Assembly: GCA_012514595.1 (NCBI GenBank)
Contig: JAAYZZ010000084.1
Coordinates: 1-35,226, forward strand
DNA length: 35,226 nucleotides
Origin: Elusimicrobiota bacterium
GTDB lineage: Bacteria > Omnitrophota > Gorgyraeia > Zapsychrales > Fredricksoniimonadaceae
Direction of reading: 5' to 3'
Both the position numbers and the translations under genes were made by a program. The notes below the pieces were generated by a model. That model saw only the letters and a list, made by a program, of their open reading frames with translations. It did no database searches and was not told the origin of the DNA. This document shows positions 1-12,000 of the stretch, piece by piece. Numbering within the stretch: position 1 is the first letter of the stretch; each line of letters opens with the position of its first letter.

Positions 1-1
1 G

Positions 2-3000
2 ATCAAGCCCCACGGTCATGCGTCCGCGGGTCCTATCGGGCGAGGCCTCCCAAAGAAAGGATGCGATCCGGATGAGCTGACCGCGCTTGACATCGGCGGA
101 GGCCCTGATCGCCGGAATGATGTCCGCGTGGAGCAGGGCCCCGCTCTTTTTATCGACAGTCGCGGTGAGAAGGACCACCTCATCGACGGGAAGACCCAAT
201 CTCTCGCACAGGACCGGATGGTCCAGCCCCTCGGCCGATCCCGTGGCGCTGCGCAGCCCCCAGGCCAGATCGATCCTGTCCTCCGGGCCCGAAAACCGCG
301 CGATCGCGACCAGCTCGTCATGTCCGGCATCCGGTCTGGACCGGGTAGAGAATTTCTGAAGGGCCACGGCAAAGGAGGCCCCCCTCACAACGTCGAACGC
401 AGGATCAAGGACCTCCCGGGGCGAGTCGAGAGACAAGACCTCCGAATGCCTCCCGAAACGACTGCGCGCACAAACAGGCGGATCAAAAGAGACCGCCCCC
501 TTGGTCCTGTATGCGGCCAATAGGGGATCAAAACAGTGCCCACACTTTTCCGGAAAACATTCATCGGGACAACAATCAAAGAAACGGTCATAGGCCATGA
601 GGGCGAGCCTCGAACGATCAGAGGTATCCGCGATCCGGATCACGACACGCTGCCCGGTCCACGCCCCGACGGAGAGAACATCCATGACCGATGTCGCGCT
701 CCCGCCCTGTTTTTCGGGACCCGACAACGTGACCAGGCCCCAAAGATCCAGGATCTCGGAGATCGACAGGGAAAGACGCGCGAACGCGCTCGCCGGACGC
801 GCATGAAGACCGTGATCCCAGGACACCACAAAAGACTGCTCGAGCACATCGGATCCTTGTCCAGAAGAACGGACCGAATGGGCGTGCGAGGACCGCAGAA
901 GGGCCAGGACCTGCGCCAGACGGGAGGCCTCCTCGCGGCCATAGGCCCTGTTATCGGACTCGAACGCGATCACCGACGGAAGGCACGCGCTGGTCAACAG
1001 GTTGATCGGAATGATGATCTTTTGATCGATCACGCACGCCGCCAGGAATTCATGCCGCGAGACCGCCCACAGGACCGGAAACTCGTGCGCCGCAAGATCC
1101 CCCGCCGGCATAAAAACAAAGACATCCGGCACGTTCAAAAGGGCCTTGCGGTTCTGCTCGGACAAACGGGTCAGAATGATCGCCGAAAGTTCCGCCGCCG
1201 GGATCAGGACCCCCTCGGAAAGGACCGCACGCGTCCTCCGCTCCGCATCAGGGCTCATCTTCCCGTCCGCGTAAACCCCTTCACCGCAGCCATACGCAGG
1301 CTTCGCGTTATCCTCCGAAGAAGAGCTCGGCGGGATCGTCGACAGACCGGCCGCAGGCGCCTGAGGCCTCTCCGTCACCTCGAGCCCCTGGGTATAAAAA
1401 CGGGCCAAGGCCCCCCGGGCAGTCCGGGCCTTTGCATATTCTGTCAGATGCGTCAGGATCTCGTGACGGATCTCCTGATCGGTCTCTTCGCACTGAAAAT
1501 ACGTGCGCTCCAGGAAAGAAACAGCGCCCGCCTTGTGCAAGACGGACTGCAGACCGATCCAGATATCCTTCCAGGGGATCCTCATCTCCTCGCTCATCTT
1601 TCTAAAGACATCCAGCTCCCTCGCCTGGGTCACGCAGCACCCAAACGCGATCATGGCCACCTCAAAAGTGCCGTCGGTGCGCCAGACCACGAAGTCCTCC
1701 AATGTCAGCTGGACCGGGAAGAGGCGCATTTCGCTCAAGTGATCAAAGGCCACCATCATCCTTTGAACGCTCCATCCCTGTTCATACCCGAGCAGCCTCT
1801 CGAGGATCATGCGCACATTCTCAGGCATTCTCTCAAGATCGATCTTGCGCAGCTCCCTTTCAAGGCCCAGCCGATCAAAGGTCCTCACCTTGCGGTCCAG
1901 ATCGCAGACCAGCGCGATCGCTTCATAGGCGGCCTCTTGCGGCATATAAAAACGGACGAGGGCCCTGACCAGTCTTTGACGAATATACGCCGCATCCTCC
2001 GGGCTGATCGGGGCCTCCTGAAAAGAACGGGTCATCAGGACCTCGGACACGCTGGGATTATGCCCCAGCTTGCGGATCTTCATGCCGCAATAAGCCCCCT
2101 CGCTGATCTCCCGGTAGAACAGCCGCCGGGATATCGGGCCTCGCAGGTAATATGCATTCATCTCGTCGAGCTGCTGGACCTGACGGAACGCCGTTCTGGC
2201 AAGAGACAGGGCCATGGCCGGGATCTCAACCCCGGAGAGACGGATCAGGGCCGCGATCTCCTTGATGACCGCGATACGGATATGATTGGACCCCGCATAA
2301 CACACAGGCGCCCGGATCGTGGTCCGCGGCGACAGGTCCATGATGTCCTCATTCAGCTCGCCATAATCCGTCTCCTCCTCGAGGTCCCGAACGTGCTTGG
2401 CGATATCCAGAGAGAAATCAGGCCGCACGCGAAATACGTCGCGGCAAACATCCTCCACATATTTCCTCATCCTCTCCGCCGGCCCTGTGCCATGACAGAC
2501 CTTTGTCCACGTCACGATATCATTCCGCATGATCTGCAGATTGCGGATAAAGCCCCGGGCCATGCTCATATCCACCTCGTGCCAAGGGATAATCTTTCCC
2601 AGATCAAAAGAACACACGGATCCGGAAAAGGTGTCATACCCATAATTCTCCGTCTTGACGTCCCAATCGACAATGCCGCGGGCGATCATCGAGCGAACGG
2701 CGAGAAAGAACTGCGCGATCAGGAATTCCGCGGTACCAAAAGCCCCGTCTTCGATCGCGTCCGCCAGAATCCCCCGGAACCGGCGGGCCTTCAGCTTCTC
2801 GTCGTACATCGCTTCCTTCAGGACCTCGGGGACATACTTCTGCACCACCGCCCTGGGAATGACCATCTCGTGGACCGTTCCGTCGCCCTCCCGGATATTC
2901 ACCGCAAGAGAAGAAATGATCCGGTAACCTATGACCTTGCGTCCGAGACTTTCCTGGCCCAACCGGTACCCGGAGATCGGACCTTCAGGGGACGGCATCG

Positions 3001-6000
3001 CGATCACATCGCGGTATTTCTCGCAGACATCCTTGAGGATCACAGGATGAGAATTGTCCTCGTTGATGTAGACCGCGGCATCGCTTCCGCCGGAGAAATC
3101 ACGGAAGACCTCCCCTTTCAAGGATTGACGGAACGCCTGTTCAAAGGCCTGGTCCACCTGCTGGATCGACAGGCCATGTTTTTTGAGGACTGTCTCAAGG
3201 TCCTCAAGACGGAGGTCCTTCCAAAGCCCCGCGATCGCGGCGGCCAATCGATCAACAGGATCAGAAAAGCCCTGTTCCAATCCATACCCCTCACGATAAA
3301 AGGCAAAATGGAACTCCAGGACATTCTTCCGCGTTTCCACGCTGACCTTAAAGAGATCCCGGCCTTCCAGCATTTTTCTCGAAAGAACCCGAACACAGAC
3401 GATCTCGTTATGATCGATCCCGAAATCAGAGGCGAACGCGGGATCCCGAAGGGCGCCCCTGATATGCGCCTCGATACCGGGCGTGACCTCTCCGTTGAAC
3501 GAGGGGGCCACGGCAAAAGAATAGGTCCCGCGGCCTGGCGCCTCGGGCATCATGGCACGGTCCAAAAGACCCCCGAAGGCACCGGCCCTCGCCCCGTTCA
3601 CTCGCGCCACCAGGGTACGGCCTTTGGCATCACGATATCTCCCCCGCAGGCGCCAAAGCTCCCCATTTGCGCGGGTGAGGGCCAAATTCTCCTTGTGGGT
3701 CATCTCCACAAGAGCGGCCTGCATCTCATGGGCGATATCTTGAAGCGGGGCATCGGCAGGAAGAAGAACGGCAACGTTCCCGTCGGAAAGAAGGGCGTTC
3801 ACCGCGCGCAGGCGCCATTCCGGCGGGGCATGATAGAAGGTGACCCTGCGCCGGAGCAGAAGTTGCCAGAACGCGTTGTGCCCCATTCCCAGGACCCGCG
3901 AGGCCATCGTCGCGGCCCGGAGGATGCGACGATCAGAAAGAGGAACGGCGATCCTCCTCCCTTCAGAGAAGACCGCCTCCACACCCCCCAGACGCGCGAT
4001 CTCGCTATTGACGATCTCCGCGCCCTCTCCGCCGGCGGCCGGGTCCCGGCCGAGGGGCTGCGGGACGAAGAAGCGATCCCCCCGGGAACTCTCGACGAGG
4101 ATCTTCCCGTCCGCCAGGACCGATACCAGGGGACCGGTTATTTTATCCCGTGTGCGGAAGCCTTCCTCTTTCGGCGGAACCTGCCAGGGCGTCAGGCAAT
4201 CGCGGTCCCCTTCAAAGGCGAGTCTGAGCCGGGACAACGCCTCGGCCCCGGACCCCCCCGGGACGATATTATGCGCGGCGTTGATGGTGACGGACAAGGA
4301 TCCGTGATCAAATGACCCAAAGGCCTGTCGACGGGCCAGATCGGCGGCCTTGGCCCTGTCCTCCTCGTTGATCCCTGCATAACGGAGAGCCCGTTCAAAC
4401 GCCAGACAGATCGCCTCATTGAAGAGCGGCTGACCATCGACATGGGAGACATAAACAACATCAAGACAGTCCTTAAGGGTCTGAATGATATTCCCGTATC
4501 GACGGGCATAGGTCTCGACCCTCTCCTCGCTCACGCGACCATTCCTGAAAATATCGCCGATGACGTCATAGCGGGTATGGAACAGATGGAAGGACAAAAG
4601 CGCCGACCCCGGGGCCCCAGCGGCGACCAGGGCGTTCAGCCGTTCGGCGGCGGCCTGGGCGCGCGCGTCATCCGGTTCCCATCCCCGGGTGGTGAAGCCG
4701 AACCTCCGTCCGGGCTTCTGGCGATGGGCCCATTCGACGATCCCATCGATCCCGACCCCGAAAAAGGGGTCCGACCAGTTCAGGGGATCATTGGACTCCC
4801 AGCCCCGGAAAACATGCCGGTCCGAAGCCAGGATTTTTCCGATGACGACCGGCAGCGGATAGTTGCGCTCCCGGCCGGAGCGATTGCCCTGGATGCAGTG
4901 ATGACAGGCCCAGCGGCATCCCTCGCCCAGCGTATCGGAATCCAGCGACAGGCCATCCAGATCGAACCACCGGAACCAGTTCTGCTCGCCATGGCTCTCG
5001 AGATCAATGTGCTGCGGGTCGGGCATGCGTTCCGCCAGGGCCGCGGCCCGTGCCATCTCCTTTTCCGTCGCCGCGCCGGCCTCGATCTTCTCGAGGAGGC
5101 CCCGGACCTCCAAGGACACTTCGCGGCCATGGGAACTCAGGATATCCTCATAAGCCCTGAACATCCTGTCCATGCGTTCCATCTCCTCCCTCCCCGGGAT
5201 GAAGGAGATCAAACGCACACCGGCCAGATCGCCCAGGGTCACAGGCCGCTGTTTATCCAGATCCTCAAAAAGGCCGCAATATTCAAAGGCCTGGACGATG
5301 AAGACATGATCCAAGACCAGCTTCGGCGAGAATCCGATCAGGACCAGCTTCCGGGCGATGCGGATATACTGATCGTGAAGGGTCTGCGGATCATATTTCT
5401 CCAGAGAGAAGCGGGGACCCACATAGGGCACCAGGGTCAACTGCCCGGTCACGACCACATTCCCCTTGAACGTCCCCGGTCTCCAGGACGGCGAACGGAC
5501 CAGGTCATGCCCCCCCATATCGGTGGGCGATATGGCCCCGAAACGAAAGGCCTTCGCTTCGTCCCGGACCACGAACACGCAACTGGCCTTCTCGGCCCGT
5601 CTCATCCTTTGACGTACCACATCAAGCGGGACCGAGAGATGATCGAGAAAAACAACGCCCTCACGCAGAACGGTCACCGACAGGGAGCTGGCCATGGAGC
5701 GCCAACGGTCGATCCCTCGCTGCAGGATCGCCCTTCCGATGAGGAAAAGAACGGGGACCAGAAGCCCGATCATCCAACTTCTCAGCATGACCGCTGCCAG
5801 AATGCCCGCAGCAAAGACCGTGAATTCCAGGATCGAGAAGACGACGGGAACAAAGGCCGGGCCCTGCTCCTCGACCGTCCTGCCCTTTGCGGTCATGGCA
5901 ACGAACGCCATGGCCGCCAGCGGCAGGTCCACAACAAAAAAGATCATCAGGAACGCCTTGATGAAATCCCCGGCATACGAAAAGACCAGGGTCTCCCGCC

Positions 6001-9000
6001 CCCACAAGGCAAGGACACCGATCGCCACCGCCGAGGCAGTTCCCAACAGCATGATCCATCGCGGCAGGACCCATCCGCCTCGGGCCGCGTCATCCGAAAC
6101 CTCATCGGCGAAAAGCCCCTCTCTGGAAAGAACCCTCTCCCGGACCGTCCGCACATACGGACTCTCCCAAACGATATGGGCCGCGACCGAACTTTCCCCG
6201 ATCCGGTTCAAGGCCGAGAGGCGGTGCGTCCCGTCCCAGACCAGGACCTTTTTCTGCCCCGCCCGGATATCAAGACGGATCGCCCGTCCGTTCACGCCCC
6301 GGAGATCCCCCCGCCGCAGCTTCTCGGCGAGAACGTCCGCCTCTTTCGGAGTGCGGACAATATCTGCATGACGCGAATCGGTAAGGTAGGCGACAGACAC
6401 CTGACGGACCTCGCTCAATTTGGGAGAAAGCGGATTCTCCGCAACATATCGGTGGTGTTCATAGGCCGCGCACTCGGCCAGATACCGCAGGGACCGTGTC
6501 TGCCCCTCTCGTGTCCCGGGCATGGGCGCGGGACGCTTCCCCCCGGCGACCCTGCGAGCGACCCGGTCGGCAAAGGCATGGAGCTGGGCGTAGGAAGGCC
6601 GATAGCCACCACGCTCGCCGGCGAACGCAACGGCCTCATGGACCAGGGACCGGGCGATCTCCTGGGGGGATCCCAGGACCACGACCAGGCGTCCCTTCTC
6701 CTCCAGATGGACGGCCATGACCCGAACACCGTGACTCCTCTCAAAGACACGAAGCTTTCGATCAAAAACAGGCTCCTCATCCGACGCCACCACGCGCGCC
6801 CGCGCCAAGACATCGGAAAAGACCTCGTCATTGCGGTCCCAGGCCGCCATCCGGTCCGCCACGCCCCGACGGACCACCATGCCCGCCGCGGAGTCCGGAA
6901 GCAACAGAAGGGCGTCCTCGCGTTCACGGATCAGGACCAGAAGTTCCCGACGGGCCTCTTCACTTGGGAGCGCGGGAATGCTCCACGCCGGGTCGATCGT
7001 TCTCTCATCCCGCCCATCAGTACGGCCCCCCCGGCCCGCGACCCCCAGGACCTCCCGAAAATCATCCCTCGACGCCACCCGGCTCAACGCATCCACGATC
7101 CGACGATGCGATCTGGGAAGGACCCCCCGTCCGTGGCCCCTGATCCCGTGACGGGGATCAAAGTAAAGACCAAACTCATCCACGGTCCCCTGGCGGTCAA
7201 AAGACGTCTTATGATGACCCTTGTACCCGCGATCGGCATACCTCGCGATCAGATGATCGCTCACGATAAGGATCGACCACAACAGGGCCGCATCAGGATC
7301 GCGCGGCCTAAACCCGAGATAATAACTGTGATGACGCAAGACCTGCCGCAACCAGCCGGGGACATCCACTCCCTTCATGGTCAGGACGATGACCGTCAAC
7401 TCGGCATGCAGCACGGCGAGGATCCGGTTGAGCCATCGCGGGGTCCTCAGGCAGCCACCAAAATAGAGCGAAAGAGGCCAGACCTTCTTACCGATATCAT
7501 GGGCCCGTCCGATCCGGCGCAGCAGGTCCACTCCTTTTTGGTCATACCCCAACTCCCCCGCCAGGAGCCCCGCCATGTCCCCGACGCGCGCCGATTCCTC
7601 TCGATGAAATTCCGGGTTCATAAGGACGAGCTCTTCCTCGCTCAGGTCCTCGAGACGATGGCCCTTGCGGATCCCGCGGATCCTTACCCAGAACGCGAGG
7701 ACCGCGATGACAGGCGCCATCAACAGCATCACAAGAACGGTCGCGCCTTCCAAAGCGCCGATCAAAAACGTCCGACGGACCACTCTCCGGCCGACGTTAT
7801 CAACGACGATATCGAAAAGGCGGCCCAAAAGATAATAGGCGGTCCCGAAAATCCCGACGGCCAGGACAGCGGATCCCCCGGGCGACAAGAGAAGGTGATC
7901 GGGATCCATCCCGCGCGACAACAGGCCGTAACCAAGACCCAGTCCCGCCGCGAGGATCCCCCCCAACGTGAACACGGCCTTTAAAAGCACCGCTCCTTCG
8001 CGGGCCCCGGACTTTATTCTGGGCGCATGGACCGCCGAGATCGCCCGGAAAAGGCGGAGCGCAGGGAGATGCTCAAAGGCGGTCCTGGGGGAAACGATCA
8101 CGGTCTCGGGGATCTCCGCCGCTTCCTCATGCCCGACGTAAATACGGGTCAGCTTGATCGGCGTGTCGATCCCGGCGCGCAAGAGGTCCTGGCTCGTGAG
8201 CGAAAGCATGCTGCGGTCGTTCCCCGGACGAAGACGCGTCCCCAGAGAGTCCCCCAGGATCAACACATGATGCCAGCCCATCCGGCGGATGAGCGTCAGG
8301 AGCGCCTCGGCCTTGGGACGGCAGATGCTCACACAGTCCCAATTCTCGAACACCTGCATATAATCCGGGATCAGGCCTTCCGCCTTGGCCCCTTCCAGAT
8401 CTGCCCTGACCTTCTCGGCGATCTCGCTCCGGAGGACCGCATGTTCGGGACGGGTCATGAAGAGGGCATATTCGATATGGTCACGGATGATCACCTGGAT
8501 CCCCGGCTCATTGGGCCGGACCTGGTGGCGGGTGAACACGTCACTGATCGCATCCGCAAAGATGGTCCGGATGATCTGGTGGCTTTCCTGATCGAGCGCG
8601 AAATGAAGTTCCGGAACGGCGCGGATCTTTCCCCGACCGACAATATGCGCCTCGTTCCCGCTGTTGGTCAGCATCCAGTAGGCCGTGCTCCCCTCTCTCC
8701 AGTGACGGACAGCGTCTTCCCCCCCCAGGGACGGCAACAGCCTGTCAACGGGACGACCGGTGATCTGCACCAGAGGAACCCCGGACCTCAAAAGAGCCCG
8801 GACCGCCTCGGCCATCTTCGGGCGGATCACCGGCTCGCGGTGATCGCGCATCACCCCGTCGAAATCCGAGATCACCGCATCCACGGTCGAAAGGATCGTG
8901 GGGGCATAAAGGAACACCGCAAAAGGATCCTTGAGCCCATGCCGAACGGCGGTCCATTTCCTGAGATCGATCGCATAAGAACAGATCATGTCTCTCCGAC

Positions 9001-12000
9001 GGGACAAGACAACGGACTCCCCGTAATTCTTCAAGAGACGCCCGATCAGTTTCTGGTACCGGGGCTTGCGGTATCCCTGCGGATCCCCGACCCTGTCGGG
9101 CGCATGGGAGCAATACCTGTCGAACCCGGCCTCGGTCAGAAGATGGATCAGCCCGTTCAAGAGAAGGCGGCCCGCGAGAAGATAGGAACCCGATTTGGAG
9201 AAATAATATCCATCGCTCACCGCGATATTGTTCTCCAGGTCCGCCCGGAAGGCCACGACCCCCTGGGGACGCCCTCCCACAAACAGCACCAGGGCGTCCC
9301 GATAGATCTCGTTCTTGTGGCTTCGACGCCAGGTGCGGTCGAAGAAACGGACGGCACGTTCCGGATCCTCAGGGATGGTCCCCTCCATATCTTTTCCGAT
9401 CTTCTTCAAGAGAGAAAGTCCGGAGCGTCTCTGCTGAAAACCCATCGAGGAGTAGAGGACAAAAGACATCTTCTCCTGATAGCGGCGGGCAAGGTCCTCG
9501 TTCAAGGCCTGCAGGATCGTCGTGGTCCGTGAGGAGATCCCGGGCAGGATCGCAATGTTCTCCTGAAGTCTCTCCAGGACATGGCGATTGAAGGAATGGT
9601 CGAACCCGACAAGGGCCCCCGCTTCATGGAGGAAACAGCGGATCAGCGTCCTTCCGTCGGTATGCAGACCGGGCCGGATCCAGATGACCCTGCGGCCCCG
9701 CTGGAATGAATTCGCCGCCGGGACCGGCATCTCCGGAGGACCCGTCGCCAGGATCGCCTCGCGCAACGCATCCGCGGCATGAGGGAACTCCCCGTCGTCA
9801 AGAAGCGCCACCGCGATCTGCCGCGCCTCGTCATACTTGGGATCATGCGGAGGCAGGATCCCACGCGAGGATCCCTCGAGAAGGTCTGCCAGATATCTTT
9901 CCTCTTGCGAGCTCAAGGCTTCTTCACTGCAGGCCATGTCCTTCGCCGGATCCGCTCTGCCATCCGGCCTCGAGGTGCGCGCCAGGCTCTCCAGTTCCCG
10001 TAGGAACGAACTCTCCTCCATCGAATCGATATGCACGATCCCCATCGCCTGCGCCAGGAAGGGTCTGACGCGGTCCCAGGCCTCGCCCTCGCTGGTCATC
10101 GGGACCACCCGGGTCCCGTCCTGCACGCTTCCCATGGACGTGAACTGCCGGTACACCTTGCGCCAAAGGCTCGGGAGAACCTCGATGAGATCGAACATCC
10201 CATGATCAAGAACATCGACGCTGCTGCGCGTCGCATAATGATAAAGCGTCTTGACGAACATCATCAGGACCCACGGCGAATAGGGCCTGCGAAGACCCTC
10301 CGCCTTGGCCTTGATCACCGCCAGCTTGGCCCGGATCCCCTGGATCTCGGCGCACAGGACCTCGGCGGCCTGTGCCTGATCCGGATTCGCCTGGGGCCCG
10401 CCGGAGAGACCGAACGACGCGGAGATCTCGTCGGCAAAAAGCTCGTGGGCCAGAAATTTCCCCATCTCCGGCAAGGGACGGTTGCGGACGTCGAGGGCCA
10501 TGATCTCGACATCCACGAAATCCCCGAACTCGTCGATCACAAAAATGGTCCGGACCTTGTCCACTTCGCTCCAGGATGCCAGACCCCGGCGGGAGGCCTC
10601 CTGGAGGAACGCGCGAATGAATCGGGAAAAACAATGAACAATATCATTATCCAGATCCAGCTCCTCCAGACGCAGGGTCCGGGAAAACCCCTCGATCCCC
10701 AGCGCAAGGGCCGACCCCTCATCAGGAGACCAGGTCCCGCCGGCGGCGAAGGGATCGCCCTGCCGCAGGACGCGCTCAAGTTCCTGGATGCCTTCTGAAA
10801 AATGTTCGATCGTGTCCCCGGCGATCTCTTCCGCATCCGGAGCGGTCCAGGGTCCGGGCAGCCAGCGGGTCCGGATATCCTCATGGATCGCCCGGAACAA
10901 AAGAGCCGTCTTTTTTAGATTCAGATATGCCTGCCGGCGAATGGCCAGACGCCACGGCCAGACCACATCGCGCAGCAGGGTCCTCAGGCGGGCCGTGATC
11001 TCACCCCGGACATCCCGGACCCGGGCGATCACAGGCCCCAGGTCCTCCATGAACGTCCACTCCCGGTCATCACACCCGATCAAAAGAGCCTCCAGCGCAT
11101 GGAACTCCTTGAGGAACACATCCCACTGGGCACGATACCTGGCCTCATCAAGCCCCATCGCGGACTGAACGATCCGCCGCGCCTCACGACGGATCACCTT
11201 CATCCGGCTCCGGACCCCGATGCGAACCGCGAAATACTCGTTCCAGCGCTCCATCTGGGCACGGAACGCCTGCAGGTCGGCCATGATCGTCCGGACATCC
11301 TCCTGGATGTCCTCCTTCATCAAAAGCGCTCCGGCGCGCTCCTTGATCGTGCCCAAGGCCTCCCGAACGATCTCCTCAAAAAGCGGTGTCGCCCCGTGGG
11401 AACGCCTTAAGGCCAGGAACGCCTCCACATCCCGGTCGATCCGTTCGATCGCAGAGATCAGGACATCCAGAGGCCCCCGGTTCTTCTCCAAAAATCTCCG
11501 AAGCGGACGAAAGATCTCCTCGGCCCGGGAGGTCCCTTCGCAGAACTGCTCCCTCACCATCTGTTCAGCCCCGCCCGAGGACATCCGCGTCAGCCCTCTC
11601 TCGATCTCGCGAAGCTCGACCATAATGGGGGCCAGAAAAACAAGACCCAGCCGGCTCCGCAGGTACTCAAGCGCCGTCATCTCGCGATGGAACGATCCCA
11701 AATATATCCGGATGATGCCCTCGACCGCACTGCGCAAAAGGCCGACCTTTCCCTCGACCCAGACCCGGATGATCTCATAACCCGCATTCTCCGGGCGACG
11801 GTCGCGCCCTTCCCGATATCCGAACAGCTTGCTCTTGATGGCCCCCTGCCTGTCCTTGTCCATCCGCCGCTCGCGGATGCCGGCGCGCAGCTCCTGGACC
11901 TCGCGCACGAACATCTGCTGCAGATACCGCATCCGGTCAAAGAGCATCTTCCGGCGGGAGGGATCCTGCAGGACAGATTCGACATCCCACGCCAGAAGCG

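Noticed and set aside
1-4. The window begins exactly with GATC, which might indicate a Sau3AI/MboI cloning junction.
   Set aside because: GATC occurs roughly every 60-85 nt here, so starting on one is not very improbable. The other end does not finish at a GATC. It is most likely a coincidence of window placement.
536-4315. A + strand ORF of 1,259 aa.
   Set aside because: The same reasoning applies. Its start is 2 mod 3, the antisense register. The opposite strand encodes HPr (GLHARPA), a kinase-like domain and part of a radical-SAM-like domain. The + product has runs such as RRRARRDRRQTGRRRLRPLRH that are typical of antisense GC-rich translation.
4442-7984. A + strand ORF of 1,180 aa.
   Set aside because: It is the antisense shadow of the segment encoding the CX3CX2C motif, a 4-helix TM cluster, the ParB-like domain and the HD domain. 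No motif is visible in the + translation.
9090-9320. A possible GNAT acetyltransferase-like stretch (VVAFRADLENNIAVSDGYYFSKSGSYLLAGRLLLNGLIHLLTEAGFDRY).
   Set aside because: Only a loose resemblance to GNAT motif A, with no clear Q/RxxGxG/A. It is too weak to call without a profile search.
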